From positions 1,070 through 65,069 of the IMG/VR virus record IMGVR_UViG_3300049043_000164: a stretch of DNA of 64,000 nucleotides; one strand, written 5' to 3'. Source of the DNA: a virus. Its lineage: Duplodnaviria; Caudoviricetes. Both the position numbers and the translations under genes were made by a program. Every line of letters begins with the position of its first letter. The first letter of the stretch is position 1. The notes under the pieces were generated by a model. The model searched no databases. It was given only the letters and a program-made list of their open reading frames with translations, and was not told where the DNA came from. Below are positions 21,746-33,663 of this stretch, in pieces.

Positions 21746-22569
21746 CATTGCAATAGTGTTTCCAAATAACTTCTGAGCTGTTACCAGCCCATGCAGCAAC
21801 TTGTGCCACAGGAATTTGTGATTCAATCCAACGAGAAATAGCTGTGTGCCTTAAATCATAAGGACGATAACGATGAGTGATAAGATCTTCTGTTTTTAAT
21901 TCTTTCATGCGGTCATAGAAATAGCTTTGAAAAGCATATCTATTGTAAGGAAAAATATAAGAATCTTCTTGTGGTGTTTTATTTAAAATTTCTTGGCAAC
22001 GCTGGTTAAGAGGTACCCACCTTTTGCGATTTGTTTTTGTTGAATCTTTGTGTCCATGAGTAAGCGTGTAATTTGAATGAACAAGAATCTTATTGTCTTT
22101 AATATCTTCCCAACGTAAAGCTCTTACTTCACCAGTTCGCATAGCAGTTTGTAACATAAATTCCGAATAAAAAGCCCAGTTGTATTTAGGTTTTCTTGAT
22201 TTTCCTTCTAAAGCTGAGATTACAACTGAAACCTCGTTACAGAGGAATTACAATAATTTCTTCATCTTCTTGGGCGCCTTAGGCATTTTAAAAGACAAAA
22301 TGAGATTTTTTGCTACTAATGCAATGTCTTCATTGGTTGCCCATCGATAAAGACTTTTGACATACATGGCTACGCGCCTGCTTGTCATAATTGGTTTCTG
22401 CTGAAGTACCCATGTCATTAACTGTCTTCCTTGAGTAAGGTCAGTTACTGGACATTTTTTTAACCATTTATCAACTACTACATAATCAGAAGTCAAACTT
22501 GTAGGACAAAGGACGATTGAACGTTCTGTTTCTAAAATGAGCCCAGGCTTCTTGGATTGAGGTTGACAT
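21714..22569 (-). CDS. tyrosine recombinase/integrase (frameshifted)
   Basis: TAMRTGEVRALRWEDI, STKTNRKRWVPL, YDLRHTAISR, VAAWAGNS...KHY: catalytic R, K, HxxR and Y present; N-terminal part lies in the 22248..22622 frame. Confidence 0.85.
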
Positions 22570-22663
22570 ACCTTGAAGATGTTAGATTGTAAAATTTTAA
22601 TGTTTAACAGAGACGAGGTCAATGGGAAACTAGGTTAAAATAATTATACAGAATAAAAAAACA

Positions 22664-23263
22664 ATGTTTGTTTTAGATGGTAGGCCATTAGCCCCCGATT
22701 CACCTTTTAGTCATAATGGAATTAATTATCCTGCGAATTGGCTAAGGCTTAGTACGTGGGAAGAAAAACAAGCAATTGGAATTCAAGAGATTCCAGATCC
22801 TCCTACTTGGGATCAACGATTCTACTGGGGATATGATTCAGAGGGGCATTTAATTCCAAAAGACCATACACAACTGATTTCCACCTGGGATCAAAACACA
22901 AATCAAACTGCTTATACTCTTTTGCTGCCAACCGATTGGATGATTGTTAGGCAAGTTGATGAAGGAATTGAAATAGACACAAAAACAAAAACCTGGCGCC
23001 AAACAATTCGACTTGCATGTGCTACCAAAATTACTGCTATTAAAGCAACAACAACCACCGATGAGCTAGCAGCTTTTGTCACTGGGCCTGAATATCCAGT
23101 GTGGCCACAACTTTCAGATGCAACTCAACCATATCCAAGTTGGACTCAGGTTGCAATGACTGGTAAATGGGAAGCACCTATTAGCAAGCCAATTGAACCA
23201 GGTGAATACAAATGGAATGAAGAAACTCAACAATGGGAACTCATTGAAACAGTTGAAAACTAA
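22664..23263 (+). CDS. tail fibre assembly/chaperone-like protein
   Basis: YPANWLRLS..EEK.AIGI.E...DQRFYW; LLPTDWMIVR; QPYPSW...WEAP..KP...Y.WNEETQQW. Confidence 0.65.
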   Translation: MFVLDGRPLAPDSPFSHNGINYPANWLRLSTWEEKQAIGIQEIPDPPTWDQRFYWGYDSEGHLIPKDHTQLISTWDQNTNQTAYTLLLPTDWMIVRQVDEGIEIDTKTKTWRQTIRLACATKITAIKATTTTDELAAFVTGPEYPVWPQLSDATQPYPSWTQVAMTGKWEAPISKPIEPGEYKWNEETQQWELIETVEN

Positions 23264-23277
23264 TCTATTTAAATAAA

Positions 23278-24372
23278 ATGTCAATAAAACTCATTGATGC
23301 TGCTAAAAACTTTAAAGACTTAAAGCATCAAATTGATGCATGGGAATGGCTGCAAAAAAACATTTCACCTGAAGTTTTAGAAGAATTTGCTATTCAATAT
23401 CGACAGAATACAAAAAAACCTTTAATTAATACTTGGGACGAAATAGTAAAAATTGCAAAAAAAGCAGGTGCAAAATTTCCAGAAGTTGTTGCTGCTCAGT
23501 GGGCGTTAGAAAGTGGATACGGTAAATTTACGTCCGGTACAAATAATTTTTTTGGATTAAAAGGTAAAGGCAGTACGTCGGGTACAAAAGAATTTATCAA
23601 TAACAAATGGATTGAAATCAAAGACGATTTCATGGATTTTCCAGATTTAGAATCATGTGTTCAGTATTTAGTAGATCATTGGTATAAAGATTACAACGTT
23701 TATAAAGGTGTAAATAGGGCAGATAATAGAAATGAATGTGCTCAACTTTTAGTCACAGAACAATATGCAACAGATCCGGAATACACTAAAAAATTAATCA
23801 ATATAATGAATGAAAAGTTGGGGCCTCTACCCATCGTCAGTAATGAAAAAGTATTAACGGTTCCATATTTTTATCAACTGGACAATCAGTCTGGTAAAGG
23901 ATTTAGAGAATGTTTTTCTTCTAGTTGTGCAATGATTGCCGCTTTCTATGGAAAAGTAACTTCTGATGATGAATACAATAAAATTCGTACAAATTTTGGA
24001 GACACCACTGACTCGATGGCTCAGCTCAAAACATTAAGACACATGGGACTTAATGCAAAGTTTATTTCCAATGGTAATACTAAATTGATTGAAAATGAAA
24101 TCAATAACAACAGACCAATTGCTGTTGGCTGGTTACATCAAGGACCTATCTCTAAGCCCTCAGGGGGCGGACATTGGTCTGTAATTAAAGGTATTACACC
24201 AACACACTTTGTTTTTAACGATCCTTATGGAGAAGCAGATATGAATTCTGGTGGCTATGTAAGTACAAAATTAAAATCTGGACAAGGTATTAAGTACAGT
24301 CGCAAAAATTGGTTACGCCGTTGGGAAGTAGACGGACCAAATACGGGATGGGCAATTCTTATTGAAAAATGA
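23278..24372 (+). CDS. endolysin: glucosaminidase (GH73-like) plus C39-like peptidase
   Basis: AAQWALESGYG...NNFFGLKG...YATDPEY; VPYFYQLDN...ECFSSSCAM...GGGHWSVI...NDPYG. Confidence 0.85.
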   Translation: MSIKLIDAAKNFKDLKHQIDAWEWLQKNISPEVLEEFAIQYRQNTKKPLINTWDEIVKIAKKAGAKFPEVVAAQWALESGYGKFTSGTNNFFGLKGKGSTSGTKEFINNKWIEIKDDFMDFPDLESCVQYLVDHWYKDYNVYKGVNRADNRNECAQLLVTEQYATDPEYTKKLINIMNEKLGPLPIVSNEKVLTVPYFYQLDNQSGKGFRECFSSSCAMIAAFYGKVTSDDEYNKIRTNFGDTTDSMAQLKTLRHMGLNAKFISNGNTKLIENEINNNRPIAVGWLHQGPISKPSGGGHWSVIKGITPTHFVFNDPYGEADMNSGGYVSTKLKSGQGIKYSRKNWLRRWEVDGPNTGWAILIEK

Positions 24373-24530
24373 AAGTAAAAAAAGATCCGAAGATTAAAGT
24401 CAATATCTGTTGGCATATAGTGGATAAAGAAAAAAAATGCGCAACACTTCCAAAAGAAGAAGCGTACGCAACAAAAGAATGGGTTGAAAAAGAAGGCGGC
24501 GTTGTGATGTGGTTTAATCCTGTGGAATAA
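24369..24530 (+). CDS. small hypothetical protein (53 aa)
   Basis: ATGA overlap with the endolysin stop; MKVKKDPKIKVNICW...WFNPVE. Confidence 0.5.
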   Translation: MKVKKDPKIKVNICWHIVDKEKKCATLPKEEAYATKEWVEKEGGVVMWFNPVE

Positions 24531-24695
24531 TCAACGATCTTTAGCGCGACCAATATTTAAAGCAAGAAATTCAAGTACTTTATAGGCCTTACCAAGGAAA
24601 TTGTCATCCTTCTTGGTGGGAGTTAGTGCGCAAATAATAGATGCAGCCGCATGGATAGACAGTGCAATCTCAATGTAATGGCTAAGTTTGTCCAT
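24531..24695 (-). CDS. small membrane protein, holin-like
   Basis: MDKLSHYIEIALSIHAAASIICALTPTKKDDNFLGKAYKVLEFLALNIGRAKDR; next to the endolysin. Confidence 0.5.
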   Translation of the reverse strand: MDKLSHYIEIALSIHAAASIICALTPTKKDDNFLGKAYKVLEFLALNIGRAKDR

Positions 24696-24716
24696 GAGTA
24701 GTTGGTAACTCTTTTT

Positions 24717-25161
24717 TTATTCTACGCATCTTTGTTTATAAAAAGTAAAACATTTAAGTTCAGGATTTTCCTTCCATAGATATTGAACTTCTTTGTTTTT
24801 TAACCACTTACACCATACACGATACTGCTTTTCTGGCATAGCACTGGTGCAATTAAATGCAAGCATGTCACCCGGAGATAAATCATCACACCATTTTCGT
24901 AATGTATTAATAACGATTCGATAACCTTTCAAATCCAAAAGGTTTGTCAGTTTTGCTTTTAATCTTTTAACACATTTTTTATTTTTTCTTTCTCTTACCC
25001 AATCATTTAGTTGTCTCTTACTTTTTCCTGTAACCAAGGAGACAAGCCATATCGCTCCCGCATTGCTTTTCGTGTAAAGAGTCATCTGCATCAAAAAAAG
25101 ATTTCCATTCTCCATTTGAATAACAATTGATTTTTTCTGTTTGTATTTCCTTCTTGCCATC
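24717..25161 (-). CDS. hypothetical protein
   Basis: ORF from MARRKYK. Confidence 0.5.
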
Positions 25162-25829
25162 GTTTTTTTCGTTTGGTGTTTTCCAGAAGTAATCATCGCA
25201 CTCTCCCAGCCTACCCCATTTAGGAACACACTCAACATCAAAGTATCTTGTAGATACCTTAAAATCAGGGGTTTTTAAATTGTGGTGAGTTAGTGATGGG
25301 TCGACCATTCGGCAACGATTATTAGGATAAGCCCCAATTTGGCCATTGTCCAAAGCCACAATGTTGTGCGATTTGTGCTCATCGGGAAACTCCGCGAAAT
25401 AAAAATCAGGTTCATTACGATGTGGATGATAGTTGTCAATCGTAAATAAATATGTGCCCTGCATCACACCATTCTCTCTTGTCAGTACTTCAAAACGCAT
25501 ATTAAAGATAAGATTTTTTCGATGACCGTTAAGCCATGATCAAAACCATTCCAATACTGAAGATCTGTTAACGGCAGATCAGGTGCAGGTGCAACAGGTT
25601 TATTTGGTGCATTTGAATCCCAAGATAAAAATGCACTGATAGGTAATTTGTCATATAAAGCGCCGTACTCTGTTAAGTATGTTTCAAAATATAATGCTCT
25701 TCCAGTAAGAGATTTACATGTTACCCAGTAACCAGGTGTATATTCTCCATGTCCTTTTTGAAGGTCATACAAGTACTCTTTTCTGACCCACACACGAACT
25801 GGAGGTACATTGGCAACTAAAGTAGTCAT
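25018..25829 (-). CDS. conserved phage hypothetical protein (frameshift near 25500)
   Basis: ANVPP..VWVRKEYLYD...GALYDKLPISAF joins YLFTID...EHKSHN...NGQ..AYPNNR. Confidence 0.65.
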
Positions 25830-25839
25830 GGTTTTTTAG

Positions 25840-26772
25840 TTTAAAAACTAAGCGTTTGTAAGTAAAGGTTCAAATACTGCTGGGAATTTGTCAGTGTCTT
25901 GGTGCTCTCTGTTCCAAGCATTTACCCATTCAGCTCTTGAGTGCTCATGATCACTATAGAAGTCAGTAGCTTAAAGTTGGGTCTAAAAGAAATATGTTTT
26001 GTGGAATGCTATTACCTGGTTGGAAAGATCCAATTAACCAAGTTGAGCCCGCAGATACAGTTACTATTACACCAGAATCAATTTGTGCAACAAATGAAGT
26101 CGCTGCATTGACGCCAGGTGGAATAATGTAATCAACAGAAAAAGTCGGTCCAATAAGATTAGTATTACTTGGATCAACAGCATCTTCAAGGGCAAGTTTG
26201 CTGCCATCAAGATCTTCAAGAAGAATAAACAAATCTTCAGAAGGAAACTCAATAACAAGACCAACGTTATAATCAATCGGTTCGTTTCGTGTTACTGGAA
26301 ACACAAATCAAATATCTTCCTGCACCCAGGGGGTAATACCGATCATCACCCTGAAAAGGCTGTATTGACTAAAGGTGTTATAGAGATCCGATTGAGAAGA
26401 CGTTACATGTCCTACAAACGGATAAAAAACTTCTTGTTGATTATTAATTAAGAAAGTTTCAGGTACGCTATCAGCCTGGAAAATAGAGCGTCCCTCAATT
26501 GGAATTAAATTCAAGTCATAACAAGAAATCTGTACATATTTAGAACGATCACCATCTTTGGTCAAAATAATCCAGGCTGGAGAAGTGATTTCAACAGAAA
26601 ACCAATGATTATATGAGCCACCTCCAAAACCGTTTTCTTGTACTTGATATGTTGCTTGTAATGTTCCTTGTAAATAACGCAAAGAAGTTTCGCTAAAAGT
26701 ACCTAGCAAAAGAGGATTGTTTACAGTTCTTTGACGTTGAGAAACAGAAGAGCGAGGGCTGACTCGTGCCAT
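25840..26772 (-). CDS. hypothetical, possibly structural, protein (frameshifted)
   Basis: Fragments 26308..26772 and 25963..26304 are collinear. Confidence 0.45.
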
Positions 26773-26796
26773 TTATCTATCTACTTTTTTTCTATT

Positions 26797-27444
26797 TTAC
26801 TCCTCAACTTCTTTTAGTTTTTTATTGTGTTGTGGATTAGTTATAAGCATTTTAAATTGAGCAGACACTGGCTCGTCAGTTGGTAAATTTAAACGGTCTC
26901 GATTGCCAGCCAGCATTAATTTCTCATATTGAAACTCAGTTGCGAATGGTGAGATTGACTTAGGTGGATTGGCTTGGTTCCAAGCAGACTTCATATGAAG
27001 TGGATTGAAGCACTTGGGGTTCTTACACGTTCTTGTCACCCATGTGCTACCCACGTCCCCCCAGGCACACTGGTAGATCAACTTGTGAACGTTGACGTAC
27101 TCCGTGAAGCGTTCAGTGTACAGGGATCTATAGGACGGAAAGGTAATCCTACTCTTTTTCCCCTCGACCTCCCAGCACTTATCAAATGAACCCTGGGGGA
27201 TACTCCTCCAGAGAGTCTCGTACCTGATCTTGTAGTCGCGATGTAGGTAGTTGACATCAAAACCGCAAATGTTGGTTTGGATTTTAAGAGCACCGTGATA
27301 GCACCAGTGCTTTTTTGTATCACGGATTACATGACCATGGGCACACGGGAACCCTCGATAGTAGTTCAAACGATCTAGTTGCTCAATGTCCAGCTCATTA
27401 ATGTTTGGGACGTAACGAAATAAGAGTTTCAACATGAGACTCAA
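26797..27444 (-). CDS. protein with His-Cys/HNH-like zinc-binding loop
   Basis: VHKLIY...VTRTCKNPKCFNPLHM. Confidence 0.55.
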   Translation of the reverse strand: MSLMLKLLFRYVPNINELDIEQLDRLNYYRGFPCAHGHVIRDTKKHWCYHGALKIQTNICGFDVNYLHRDYKIRYETLWRSIPQGSFDKCWEVEGKKSRITFPSYRSLYTERFTEYVNVHKLIYQCAWGDVGSTWVTRTCKNPKCFNPLHMKSAWNQANPPKSISPFATEFQYEKLMLAGNRDRLNLPTDEPVSAQFKMLITNPQHNKKLKEVEE

Positions 27445-27823
27445 TTGTGACGGACGGAAAGGTTTTGGTAGGACTTCGTCAGGAGTTTGACGAGAATACC
27501 CCCCTTTAATTTCTTTTTGTAGCAGGTGAACGATTTAGTCCAATTGTACACAGAGTGTGTGTACATTCGCCATAAAACGTTCACGTATGTAAGGGTTGTT
27601 TGGAGGGGGGGTCAAGTAGCCCAATTCCCCCAAAGTCCACCCTTTCCCAACCAACCATCCCTGGTAAAAATCCCCAAAACCCTTGCCACCACTACATTTT
27701 GGTGATGGGGCCGGTCTTGGGGATGGGTGGTAGGACTTTGGTTAAAGAAAAGTTAAGCAGTTTTCTTCCCTTTCCTTTTCTTATTCTTCTTCTCAATTGC
27801 GACAGGTGAGACTTCCTTCTGCT

Positions 27824-29012
27824 CTAGTTCATATGTATTAGAAAGTACATCTTGAAACACCTTGTGGAATTCAGCGGCAACGGTGTCCCACTGGAAGGCA
27901 ACGTCCGTAGCCCTCTCGTAGCACTTCTCAGCCGTCTGAAGCAGCTCTTCAGGGCTTTCGTACAGGTTCAGCCAGAATCTCGGCTAGGTGGGCATCAGAG
28001 GGGCACGGCATCTCCCTGGCAAAATTCACGTCCACATCCACGTGGTCGCATCGAATCAGCTTCCCGTAGCCCTCAAAAATCTCTTTACAGGACGTATGGT
28101 CTGGTACCACCTGAGCCACCCTGCAGGCAGCGTGCTCAAAGTTGACCAGCCCCCAGCCCTCCCCTTTACACGTATTGACACCAACGTCAACAGAGTTATA
28201 AATCGTGTTAAGCAGCTCAACCTCAACAGCAGAGGATTAGGCGTCTGGGCAGTCATAATGATCCTTCCGTTGGGATCAAGTCCCCTACGTACCATTTCCC
28301 TACCAAACACCTGCATCACATCCCAACCCTGATCCTTAGTTCCCATATGCAAATACAACTTTGCATTAGGCCTTTCTTTTGCAAACTCAGCAAACGCAGA
28401 AATAGTAATATCAATCCTCTTCCTGAACTGATTCCTATTTCCATTAAAAACAATAAAGTCTTCCTCCTTCAGGCCCAACTCCTTTCGGCACTGCACCTTA
28501 TCCTTGGGATAAAACTGACCATCAGTAATCCCATGGGGATAACAGTAATTGGTTTACGAATACCACCCTTAATAAATTCATACGCACCAAATTCCGTATA
28601 GGAAATCAATGCATCCCATTCATTAGCGGTATCGCTGATACCCCAACCCATCCATACGAGTCCATGGGACAGTAGCCAACAAACTTAAACAGACCAGCCT
28701 TATGCAAATCCTGGATGCGTCGGTACTGTTCATTAACAATCCAGATGTCATTAATAGTGAAGATAACATCAGGCTTTTCGCCTTCCACTACTTCACGAAT
28801 ACGGTCCTCTCCAAACGGAGCCTGCTGAAACCTATTGGTAGCCGGAAAGATTTTGTACGTATTCTGAAGAGGATGTGGTCACCATGCCAATTGCATCCCG
28901 ACACAACCACTTCATATTCTTCTTTAATTCGCTCAAGAACATTTTCTGTTACACGAGCAAATCCAGTGCGAGCGATAATATCGCCAATCCACAAAAGCTT
29001 TGGTTTAGTCAT
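27824..29012 (-). CDS. glycosyltransferase family 4 (several frameshifts)
   Basis: LLWIGD...TGFARV; KPDVIFTINDIW; NRNQFRKRID; another frame reads GEGWGLVNFEHAA. Confidence 0.8.
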
Positions 29013-29107
29013 TGGAAAATCAGAACTTGTCCGATTATATCCAATTAATCAATGAATGCTTTCCTTAATTGATCTAGTGATTTCCCTCTCTATAAAACTT
29101 TCCGCCC

Positions 29108-29407
29108 TCAACTCTTTTTCAATAATGCTTTAATTCCTTCCGTATCCGTCCTGGAATTACAAGTATAAAAATCAATTGCCGCATACCGTTCATCTGGCCA
29201 AGTATGAATGGAAGCGTGTGATTCTGCTAGTAGTACCAACAAAGTTACCCCCTGTGGTTGAAACCGATGACCAACAACCTGAAGCACTGTTGCTCTAGAC
29301 AACACCAATGCCTGGGTCAACACATCAACCAACTTTTCATAATCATCCAAGACACCTGGATCACATTGATAAAGGTCCAGAATCAAGTGGCGACCCGTAT
29401 TGTTCAT
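29108..29407 (-). CDS. speD: S-adenosylmethionine decarboxylase proenzyme
   Basis: GRHLILDLY.C...HRFQPQGVT...LAESHASIHTWP...YAAIDFYTC. Confidence 0.9.
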   Translation of the reverse strand: MNNTGRHLILDLYQCDPGVLDDYEKLVDVLTQALVLSRATVLQVVGHRFQPQGVTLLVLLAESHASIHTWPDERYAAIDFYTCNSRTDTEGIKALLKKS

Positions 29408-32055
29408 CAGTTTCTAGTACAGTTTCTTGATCTTCAATTCTCGCATCTCTATTCACAGAAATCTTTACGCCATATTCAATTTCATACTTTTGTTTATCAG
29501 ATGCAACCGTCACAATACTTGGGTAATTGTCGTACTTTCCATCCGATTCGCGAACGGCCACATTAAAGAACAACAACCCCTTGCTATTCCTCCTATTAAA
29601 TACGTTCAAGCTCAACTGGTTTCTGCAGATATCAAGGAACACAACCTCAAACCTACTTCTACTCATGGAATGAACGTTACACCGCTTACAGAATTCGGCA
29701 TAGCTTGCGTACAGCCAGCGCGTATGGTTGTCATATGACTGGTTATTGGAGCTACCAGTCAAAAAACCAATGCATGACTTAACGCCCGGATCATACACAA
29801 TCTTGTGTTCCATCCAATCAAGGATTGGGTTTGATCTTAGGTTCTGAACGTGCGCATACTTACCAAAGAACTCAACCTTCTTATTGGTTTCCATCAGGTA
29901 TTCCCTCATCTCATCTTCACTCATATCCAATAACCAATTAACCAGTCCTGGTAACAGCGGTGCAAACTCACCTTGCGGCTCACCTTTCGTGTTGAATTTA
30001 ATGAGTTCTTTCTGTTCTTTTTGTGATCCAGTAAAAGGACGATCGAATGGAATCGTCAGTCGCCGCCTGGGCCAAACCAGAGGTGTAGTCTGTTGTCTGA
30101 ATAGCTTCGTTGGCAGTAATCATTACCAACCCTTTGAATTGAAATGGTTCATTATTTTCGTGCTGATACTTACGTTCAGAACGAATCCAGTCGTTACCAG
30201 TGATTGCTTTCAATCTTGAAACAGAACCACCCCAACGATCTGCATCCTGGAACAGCAACAGCTTTTTACCCATGTAACCAGCGGCTTCAAACCTATTCTT
30301 CTCCAAGTTCTCAAAGTCAGTTGAGTACACATTCCTCTTACCAACCAAAGCAACGGCCAGGTTTGCATCAGTTGACTTACCAGATTTACCTGGACCAACA
30401 ATCTCAAGAAACTTTTGCAGCTCATAACGACCCAATAATGTGGCTCTTAACCAAGCCCTGAGTACCTGAGCACGTTGCCAGTTGTTGTATTGAGTGTGTT
30501 TTAACCAAACAACAATATCTTCACAGGTAGCCGCAGGATCATAGTCATATGGCATTTGCTGAGTCATGTACTTTTCCCTCTTAAAAGGAAGAAGCTCCCT
30601 AGTCTCAACATTCAAAAGACCATTAGTAAACAGACAGGAGATCACCACCTTCATACCAGCCGTTAAAACAAAGTGCTGATTGAAGATGTTCACTCATATC
30701 AGTCATTAACCTGGAACTAAAAACCCGATAGGCAACAAGTCACCAGACTCTTTAATCTCTTTCAACTTGTCACGAATATCACCAAGAATCTCAACTTTCT
30801 GCATGGGAGACCAAAGCCCCTTTCCTTCTTTCTCGTAAAGAAAAAATTGACCATGAGGAAGGCTATACAAAAGGTTTCCCCTATACATCTGAAGCAACAA
30901 ATCTGCAATAACATCAGATGATGCGTTGCGAGTTACGTTGCTTCCATCTTTTCCCTTCTTGCTTTTTGTCTTTGTCTGAATATTTACATCTGCCCTTTTC
31001 AGCTCAACTAATTCACGTTCTGGTTCAATGGTGAGTTCCATGTCTTCTTCAATTTCCTCAAGGACTTTAGATACGTGTTCAAGTGTTTCATCATCAACGT
31101 TCATCGCCTTATAGTTCTCACTTGGCTTCCACCCATTCTCTTTAGCAACATGAATTAGAGATCCAATACTTCTACCACCACCCTTTGAAAAAGATTGCCA
31201 CCTTCTCTGACATTCCCCTGGTTTGTACTTATCACTCTGCTTGGACCAATCATCCCAAACATCAAGAAGAGATTCATCTAGTTCATGGAGAGCCTGGCCC
31301 GCCATAATCCAAATATCGTAATCATCTGCAGCTTCTGGAGGCATAGCCCACGTTGCTTCAACAGCAAGTTGCATATCCCTTCAAGTGAAATACGAGTATT
31401 GATTGCAAACCCCTGGGCCGACAACCCTACCCTGCTCAGTGGAAGGCTTACCTTGCTTTTTATTCTTTTCTTTAATTCCTTCAAGAATCCAAGCGGGTAA
31501 ATAAGGAATACTTAGCACCCACTCAAATCCCAATCCTTCAGGCGTGTAGTAACCATCAGTCTCAGGATGAGATCCCATCAAGTACACCTTGGTGCTTCTG
31601 CCAAAGAATCTCAAGTCTTTCCTTTTCTACTGATGCATGCCATACGTATTTATTACGTACAAAGTGGCCCCAATCTTTTTTATTGATTCGATATAAGCGA
31701 CGTTCCCTACCTCTCTTGCCGCTGCAAATTGTCAAAGTAGATGGAAGTGCCTGGTCAAATTGATACCCCGAAACCTCTTCCACCAACTGGTAAACACTAG
31801 ATCCGTCAACGTCAACCCAAACGTAACCATATGGTTCGGTTGTAGCAAGGACCTGAAATAAGACCAACAGCTCTACACTCTCCCCTGAATCTCATTTGCA
31901 ATATCTTCTGGAGTACAGGGCTTGTTCTGCCAACCAGTCAAATATGGATTTTTATTCTCCCCCAACGGAGTAAGAGGCCATTCGATCGGGATCCACTGGA
32001 GGTTAATTTCACCTGGCTTCAAGGTCAGTAAATTTGCACTAGTCACAACAAACAC
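29361..32055 (-). CDS. primase-polymerase / PriCT-2 / D5-like SF3 helicase (several frameshifts)
   Basis: WPLTPLGENKNP; VWVDVDG; DYDIWIMAGQALH...WDDWSKQSDKYK.GEC..RW.SF...IGSL; GPGKSGKST Walker A; ITAN. Confidence 0.85.
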
Positions 32056-32599
32056 TCCAGATTCCCTACCTTAACTCTAAATTTTTTCTGGAAATTGCGC
32101 CTCTTTAACTAGTTCATAAGCATGAAGGTGCATTGGCGATGGGAGAAGAAGACAATCCCCTCTTCCGCATTATTCATGCGGAAAACAAAGGTCTTGCATC
32201 CACTCCCCGACCGAGACCGGAATCTCCATGAGAGTGAGGTTGTATTTCTTTTATCCTAATGTCCCCAACCCTGAACAATTCTTATCACTTTCCAAAGATC
32301 AGTTGGTCTCATTAGACCTGTCCTGTTCATTACTTTTTTTTACATTTTCTTCTTCAACTACCCATTTAGCCGCCAATCTCATTTCACCACCAAGCAAGCG
32401 AGACTCTCCTGTCTGCAACTCTTCATTTACCGGCTTCTCCTGGTAGACGGGCCTCAAATCTTTCTTTCCGTTCAATCTCAGTCTCTACTTGTGTTTGCCA
32501 TTCGATCATTTGCAAACGAGCTTTCAGCCTGGCTTCAAACCAAACTTTCTTCCACCATTTGACTAATTCTTTCCAGATTTCAGATAAGATCGGGGTCAT

Positions 32600-33429
32600 A
32601 ATCACCTACCAACTTAATTTGTTCATAGTACTCTTGTACCACCTTCAACCACTTTTCCCTCATAATATTAAGGTGATTCCGAGTAATCAAAAGAGTTGCG
32701 TCTTATCTTTCGTTCGAAACAAACAAGGCCCCCTGCTGGACCCTCATGCCCAAGGTCTGTTCAATTCCCAAGTCGTATGCCCCCAATTGCAAGCAGCACT
32801 TGGAAAATTTCATATAACCTGTTAGATTGGCCCTCCATTCAGGCGACCCTTCTCTAAGTTCTTGGGCCATCGTCTGTAATATGATCCATTCGATGTCTTT
32901 AAGTCAGCAAGCGTCGTTGTTACCGGCTACCCCAATAATATCTGGAGATACCAGACCATGCTCGCCTTCTCCATCACATCCCCGCACCCTTCCCACACCA
33001 TCTTCCGATAGAGCAAATTTATGTTTTTCCAACAAAGGAGTCTCAGCCCAAACTACCTCTTGAAACTGGTCTGAAAATCTGTGGCATCCCAGACCAAAAC
33101 TCTTTACATTCTTCCGGTACATCAACGAATTCTTCTTGAGGTAATGTTCCATACATGAGTGGATGGCAGTTCCTCTCTCTGCTGCTGCCTCCTTCATACC
33201 TGGATTATATTTTAGACCACATCTCCAACTTTTTTTTGTTGGCTTCTGATGCAGTGTCGGAAATTATGGTTGTTACTGATGGCGCTGGACCCGTCAGGAA
33301 CGGAGTATGGTAATGACGTTTACCATTAATTGTGACCCTGGCTGGCTTTGAGTTTAGTTCTTCAAAAAGTTCCGGCTCTTCTGAGTATCTTTTGTACCAA
33401 GGTTCAGTCGGAATATCAGCAACAACCAT
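32600..33429 (-). CDS. PD-(D/E)XK exonuclease (frameshifted)
   Basis: PSVTTII...L..W; AAERGTAIH...EHYL; PDIIG; QLGAY-type motif downstream. Confidence 0.7.
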
Positions 33430-33663
33430 GAAAGATTGTGTATATTCCTTATATTTTAATACTTTTCTTTAAGTTTACGCTAGTCTTTAAGCAGTCAACT
33501 ATATTTGGATGACTTCAAATCTCACTCGTTTCTACTTAGAACCCGTATCTAATGATGATCCAGAAATTAGCCAGGCTTTTGAAGACGTAGAAACTATTGA
33601 AGCCAACGAGTACGAAAAAAATCTCCAACAAAAAAACATTAATTATATTCGCGTAGATCTGTG

